From the human T2T-CHM13v2.0 reference genome, Homo sapiens: 64,000 nucleotides of DNA. The stretch lies in assembly GCF_009914755.1 (NCBI RefSeq), contig NC_060948.1. One strand, 5' to 3'. The notes under the pieces are model-generated. The model searched no databases, was not told where the DNA came from, and worked only from the letters and a program-made list of their open reading frames with translations. Of the stretch, positions 48,501 through 64,000 are shown piece by piece (the stretch's first letter is position 1; the number at the start of each line of letters is the position of its first letter). The translations under genes and the position numbers were made by a program.

Positions 48501-50239
48501 TTTGGACTTTGAAGGTTCTCCACCCGGTGCCCCACCCTCCCCACAGAGCTCTTCCTCATTCTGTCTCTGTTCCCTGCTTTGGCCAGTGGCTATCCTCAAT
48601 GTGACCCACACTACACTTCTGCCCACACTGCAGCTCTTTACCCAGTTACCCTCCAGTTCCTCACAACGTATGCCTATCTCAGTCATGCCCCGGACTGCAT
48701 TGAAGCCAGGCTGCCTTGAAGAAACTCTCCCAGACTGCCCTTTTCCCCAAGGCAGGGTCATGATTTGCCAAAGGTTTCGTGTGTGTTAGCAAGACTGGAG
48801 TCGGAGCAGGCATCAAACTTTGCATCCCATATGTCACACCTCACCATAGACCTGGGTGCCAAATAGCCTGAAGAGTCTGAACTCATGTTGGCAGTTAGCA
48901 AAGTGCTCCTACGGCCACATCTGCAGTTAACATAGTATCCCTATGGCCACTGTCTCCCTTGATCCCCACAGCCATCCTAGGAGAAAGGCAGAACGTCATT
49001 TGCTAGAAGGGATGCTGAGGCTCTGGGAGGGAAAGGGACTTGCCTAAAGCCCCAGGGTGAAGCAGCATCTCTGGACTCTCATAGACAGCCTAGAGCTGCT
49101 AGCATTCCCTTAGGATCTGTGCCCTTGGGCCTGGATTAATTTTTTCCTCTGCAAAGAGCCATCTGTAGGGCTAGAGGCTGGCAAAGCCTGACTTATTACT
49201 GGATGCCAGTTCCTTTGCCTGACTTTCAGCGATTTCTACCTTACGCTCGGGTTTTATGTTGCTTGTCTCAACACTATCACTTCTCATTCCTCCACAAGTT
49301 GAATTGCTCACTCCAGCCACTTGAAGCATGCTGTTCTTAACACAGTTAGCTCTAGGCACATGGTTGGTGCTAAAAAGGAAAAAAAAAGAAGATCGTTATG
49401 TCAATTTCATTGATTAACAAAAGCGATGGCTCCACTGCAAAGCAAAGTTGATACTCCTGGGTTCAAGAGCCTTTTAGACAAATGGATCTGAGCTAAAACA
49501 TGATCATGCACTCATATGCATCTGTCTCGGTCTGATGAGATAATCTGGATACTTGGTTGTTATCCTTCAGCATTTTCCTGCCTCATTAATGCATGTGTAG
49601 CCAGCACAATAATCATCATAGCTAATAATGGCTACAGCTGAGGGCTTTCCTGAACCAGGCAGTGGTTTTAAAAACTTTAACCCCTAAAGCTGAGGACTTT
49701 CCTAAGCTAGATAGTGGCTTTGAAAACTTTAAAGTTTTCACATAGACTGTCATTGAATAATTTCTGTTTTTCAGATCAAGAAACTGAGACTTACTATCAC
49801 ATTTGGGATTAAGCTAAACAAAAAAAAAAGAAAAGAAAAGAAACAGAGGCTGAACGCTGTTAAGTATTTCACAGCCAGCAGGAAATCAGAACTTGAACCC
49901 AGGCAGTCTAGCCCTGGGATCCTTTGCCCTTACCCATTATCCAGTGTTGGCTACACAAAACTAATGGGTACATATTTTCAACTATAGTGTAAGTGGGTGA
50001 CATATTTTTCACTATATTTTATGTAGGTGACTTTCAGTTTGGGGGTATTCTACTTACACAATCTATTGAGCTGGATATTAACTGAGAGCAAACAGAAACT
50101 AATGAACTCTGAAAAACATAAAACATGAGCAACATGACATCACTGCAAGAGACAAAACAGCACATAGCCTTCTTGTGACTGTATTTTGCTGACAGTCCAT
50201 GAGCAGATAGCCTGAACTCAGCAGTGCTGTTCCCTTGGG

Positions 50240-50241
<2 letters not shown>

Positions 50242-50289
<48 letters not shown>
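50242..50289. repeat. (CA)n microsatellite
   Basis: Direct. Confidence 0.95.
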
Positions 50290-50292
<3 letters not shown>

Positions 50293-50339
50293 TTGGTGGT
50301 TTTCTGCCTCCACCCCCACCCCAACACACACACGGGTTG

Positions 50340-51340
50340 GTGGTTGTGCTGCCCGGAGCCTCCAGTCCGCGAGTGTGAAGAACGGACCAGATGGGTCCAA
50401 CAGTGCTGGGTCAAGGCGAGGAGGGGGCAGCCGGAAGCGGGCGCATGCTCTGGACTCCTGCAGCCGCCGAAACGGGTGCGCAGGGGGCGCGCGGTTTGAG
50501 GGGTGAGGGGTGACGGGTGTGAGGGGCGAGAGGGACGGGAGCAGGCTGGGGGCAGCCCTTTCCCAGGCGGTAGCGGGGGCTGTGGTGCTGTTGCCCTTTT
50601 AAGCTGCGGCTTGACAGGAGCAGCGCCTCCTGTCGGTGGAGTCTGTTAGAAGGGGAGCAGCCGCCCAGGCCTCCACACAGCTCCCCGCAGAGGCCTTGGT
50701 GCCCCTTGCCATTTTCCAGCCCTACTGTGACTAGAGTTGAGGCAGCAGGGAGAGGCGGAGCTGGGAGAGCACCGCCGAGAGGTCCCGCGGGTGGTTGCGG
50801 CCGTCACAGCGGCTCCCGACGGGCTCACCTTCGCGCCCCACCTGCCAGAGGTGAGAATAAAATGTCCGTGTGAGGGTTCAAGGCCAAGCTGAAGTTGTTG
50901 GACTCTATCTTCCACAAGAACCAGGAGCCGCTGCCGCAGCTCATGCTCCACTGCAACATCACGTTGAGGCGCCCAGTGGCGGCCTCACGGGGCAGGGCGA
51001 GGGCGGAGAGGAGGCGCCCAGAGTCCCGGGACAAAGGGGAGCCTGCCCGGGAGAGGCCCCGGTTCCCCAGGCGGGGCGAGCGCGCCCCTTTCTCCCGCGA
51101 CTGGCCCGCCCCGCTGCGTGAGGCTTGCGTGGGAGGAGGGGGAGGGCGCGTCTCTCTGGCTCCTTGCCACGGGGCTGGCTTGGGGGCTGCTGGCACCTCT
51201 CGCCCCAGTCGCTGCGCCCTGAGGTGGGAGCCCGCGTCGCCCGCAGCCCTTTTGGGGCCCATGATCGCCCTCAGTCAGCTAGCCTGCTCCCCTGGACCGC
51301 GACGGGGCGTGGCAGGGTGGCTCCCGCTGTTGTTTGAGCC
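50340..51340 (+). promoter_or_regulatory. CpG island / duplicated UBE2Q2 promoter
   Basis: Locally dense CpG and GC boxes around UBE2Q2-like exon 1. Confidence 0.8.
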
Positions 51341-51697
51341 CAGTGAGGGAAGGGGAAAGGCCTTTAAGATTTTCGTTTTTTTGGCCGGGTGCAGTGCTCA
51401 TTCCTGTAATCCCAGCACTATGGGAGACTGAGGTAGCTGGATCTCCTGAGGTCAGGAGTTCTAGACCAGCCTGGCCAACATGGTAAAACCCTGTCTCTAC
51501 TAAAAATACAAAAATTAGCCGGGCATGGTGGCAGGAGCTTCTTGAGATGGAGCCTCACTCTGTCGCCCAGGCTGGAGTGCAGTGGGGCGATCTCGGCATA
51601 CTGCAGCCTCCATCTCTTGACAGTCCGTGGGTTCAAGCGATTCTCCTGCCTCAGCTTCCCGAGTAGCTGGGATTACGGGCGCCCGCCACCACGCCTG

Positions 51698-61485
<9,788 letters not shown>

Positions 61486-62203
61486 AAGCCAGAGGCTCTG
61501 CGGGGTGAGGGAGCATGAACCCTCTTCACCCCACCCAACGGGGACCTGTATAACTCTGCCAGTCTCTCACTTGGCCTTGCTGCTGTCCTCTGAGACTGCC
61601 TATTCCTCCCTCTCTGTGACTCTACACCACCATCACCTCCTCCAGGAAGTCCTCTGGATTGACTCCTAGCTTATTACATCTTTATTGTGCAGACCCTCTC
61701 CATTCAAAGCCCCTCTTCAACTGCCCCCCACCGCCCCACCACCTCCAAGACAGAGATTCTGGGTTCCTGCAACTGCAGCCCCTCAGAGAGTGTAAGAGGG
61801 TCAGAAAAAGGAGATTAGGAAATGAGGGAAGCAGCGCTGTCAGAGTTTCCAAAGCCCTGGCCAGCAAGGCATCAGAGGCCTCTGTTGGGGTGGGGGCCTC
61901 CCTGGCTATGCGCTCCAGCAGCACAAGGCAGCCTCTGTGAGCTTCTCCCGCTTAGCCCTACAGGAAGCAGGAGGGCCCAGCCTCAATGGACTGATTCAGA
62001 CCCCAGCACTCCAGAAAATACCTCTGCTTCCTGCCACCATTCCACTCTGGCCAAACAGCCTCTACTCTCTTCTGCTGGGAGGGGGCCACAGGCAGGTGGT
62101 TCAGTGGTTAGGGCCAACCATCTGCTTCAGTTCCTGTCTGGCCCAGATCCCTGATGTTGACCATGCCTTAGTGGGTGTATGTATACCTTTAGTGCAAGGG
62201 TGG

Positions 62204-62679
62204 TGTGACGGTTAATACTGAGTGTCAACTTGATTCGGTTGAAGGCTGCAAAGTATTGATCTCCTGGGTGTGTCTGTGAGGGCGTTGTAAAAGGAGATTA
62301 ACATTTGAGCCAGTGGGCTGGGGAAGGCAGACCCACCCTTAATACTGGTGGGCACCATCTTTCTAATCAGTTGCTAGTGAATATAAAGCAGGCAGAAAAA
62401 CATGAAAAGGCAAGACTGGCCTAGCCTCCCAGCCTTCATCTTTCTCCCACGCTGGACGCTTGCTACCCTCTAGCATCGGACTCCACGTTCTTCAGTTTTG
62501 AGACTCAGATTGTCTCTCCTTGCACCTCAAACTTGCAGACAGCCTATTGTGGGACCTTGGGATTGTGTAAGTTAATACTTGATAAACTCCCCTTTATATA
62601 TCTATATATCTATATTTATATCTATATCTGTCTATATCTCCTATTAGTTCTATCCCTCTAGGGAACCCTGACTAACACA
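62204..62679 (+). mobile_element. MLT2A (ERVL) solo LTR
   Basis: TGTGACGGTTAATACTGAGTGTCAACTTGATT...GAACCCTGACTAACACA; perfect 5-bp TSD GGTGG. Confidence 0.92.
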
Positions 62680-64000
62680 GGTGGGTAGGCACAGGGAGAT
62701 GTGCCCCCTTCCCTGTGGGTGCTGGGTAGGTAAATGTTTAGCAATGGGCTTTCTTGGGGAGAGGGAACCCTGATTTTCAGTATTTGCCTCTTTTCCTGGT
62801 ATAAATATTCCCACTGTGGGCAGTATCACATGGCTCTCAAAATTCCTGAAAATTCAACAGTTGGCTCCTGGCCACTGCTGTGAGCCGTTCCAGCTGGTGA
62901 CTGTGGTGGCTCCATCCTGCAGGGCCATGTGTCCCCACCCCTTGTGCTATGGCCTCCCTCACTTTAGTGTGCTGTGTTTTGCTCTTAGGAATCAATGTCT
63001 TTGCAGATAAGGCACCCCAGTAGGTCACCACCTGCAGTTCCCTGGTCTGTCTCTTGCTGGCACCAAGCTGTGCTGTGCCTGCTGAGACTGCTGGGCCACC
63101 CCCACACAGATGGTCTGTGGGGCTTGCTTGATTCCCTTAGCTTCCCAGCCAAGGTGCTGGTGTTGCCAGCAGTGCTGGCAGGAGGAGGGGATAACTAGAG
63201 GGGATTTAACTCAACCCGAGGGGCTCTTACGGGATCTTTCCTTGATATCCCTCCAGGTGGGGCTGGCTGCCCTTAGGGCATAGAGACCTCCAACTCCTCC
63301 AATGGCTGAAGCTACTTCCTCGAGCAGATGGCAGCTGGCTCAGGCTGGCTAGGGACCAGTGCATGTGAGGCCGGTGCTGGATCACCCCATCAAGGCCATC
63401 AGCCTGTGCTTGTTCTTGGGGTTTGAGGGAAACCCAACAGGGATGAATCACGGTTTTTAACCTGTGTTTGTCTGCCCCCCAGCCCTGGACAACTGCAGGC
63501 AAAGTCAAAGTTATATCTGGCTCTTGTCACCACAAAAGGCATAGACCAGAAATTATGGCAGTGGGTTGGAAGTCAGGGAGGCTAATTTGGGGAAACTGCC
63601 TGGAGGAAGCAGCAACTCAAAAGAGGAGGAGTCCCAGTGTGGGACAGAACGGGCCTTGCACAAGAACCACTAACCCCAGGCAAGCCCAGACATGGCCTTC
63701 TGCCTGGAGAGGCCATCTTTGGCCTGCCCAGCAGACCCTCAGCCCCTCCTAGGCCCTGTATTCAGCCTCAGACTGAGTGGTGGCCTGGGGAAGTTGGGAG
63801 CTCAGCTGTTCTCATCCCTGGTTCCTTGGCCAAGGTGGAAACAATGGGGCCGGATCTGACTGCTCAGTGGGGACTGTGAATAGCTCTCCAGCAGGAAGCA
63901 ACAGCAGGGGTAATGGAGGAAGTGTGGGCCCACTTTGGTTTGACACTGCATATGGTCCCCATCTGGCCTCAGAGCCTTTACTCCTTGGCAAACTCAGGCC

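Noticed and set aside
50825-51431. Long ORFs across the CpG island
   Set aside because: Expected from GC richness; true UBE2Q2 frame has a stop at codon 4
61682-61924. Protein-like ORF (LLERIAREAPTPTEASDALLARALE)
   Set aside because: No recognisable family, non-ATG start, no supporting exon structure

Overview
Primate (hominoid-type) genomic DNA from a GOLGA 'core duplicon' segmental-duplication mosaic of the kind known at 15q24-q25 and its Yq11.23 copies; the exact locus cannot be fixed from sequence alone. No intact protein-coding gene is supported. From left to right: (1) a ~3.5-kb HERV-K(HML-2) pro-end/pol/env fragment (+) with near-saturating G-to-A hypermutation, fused through a perfect T-A9-G-T9-A hairpin to an oppositely oriented LTR5A-type U3 that also carries G-to-A changes on the same genomic strand; (2) the ITSN2-UTR/GOLGA2-UTR/DNM1 3' end of a GOLGA core; (3) UBE2Q2 pseudogene copy 1; (4) a 5.4-kb L1PA and two short young L1s, one ending in a 77-bp-arm palindrome of its own target flank; (5) a GOLGA6L-family pseudogene lacking exon 1 and its 3' end, with an intronic 7SL copy; (6) a CpG island and UBE2Q2 pseudogene copy 2, fused to an inverted copy of the DNM1 3' UTR. 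The two UBE2Q2P copies (10641-18330 vs 51698-60640) act as an internal control that exposes microhomology deletions, an Alu-Alu recombination deletion and an Alu subfamily swap at one site. Repeat and gene assignments come from recalled consensus sequences, not database searches.
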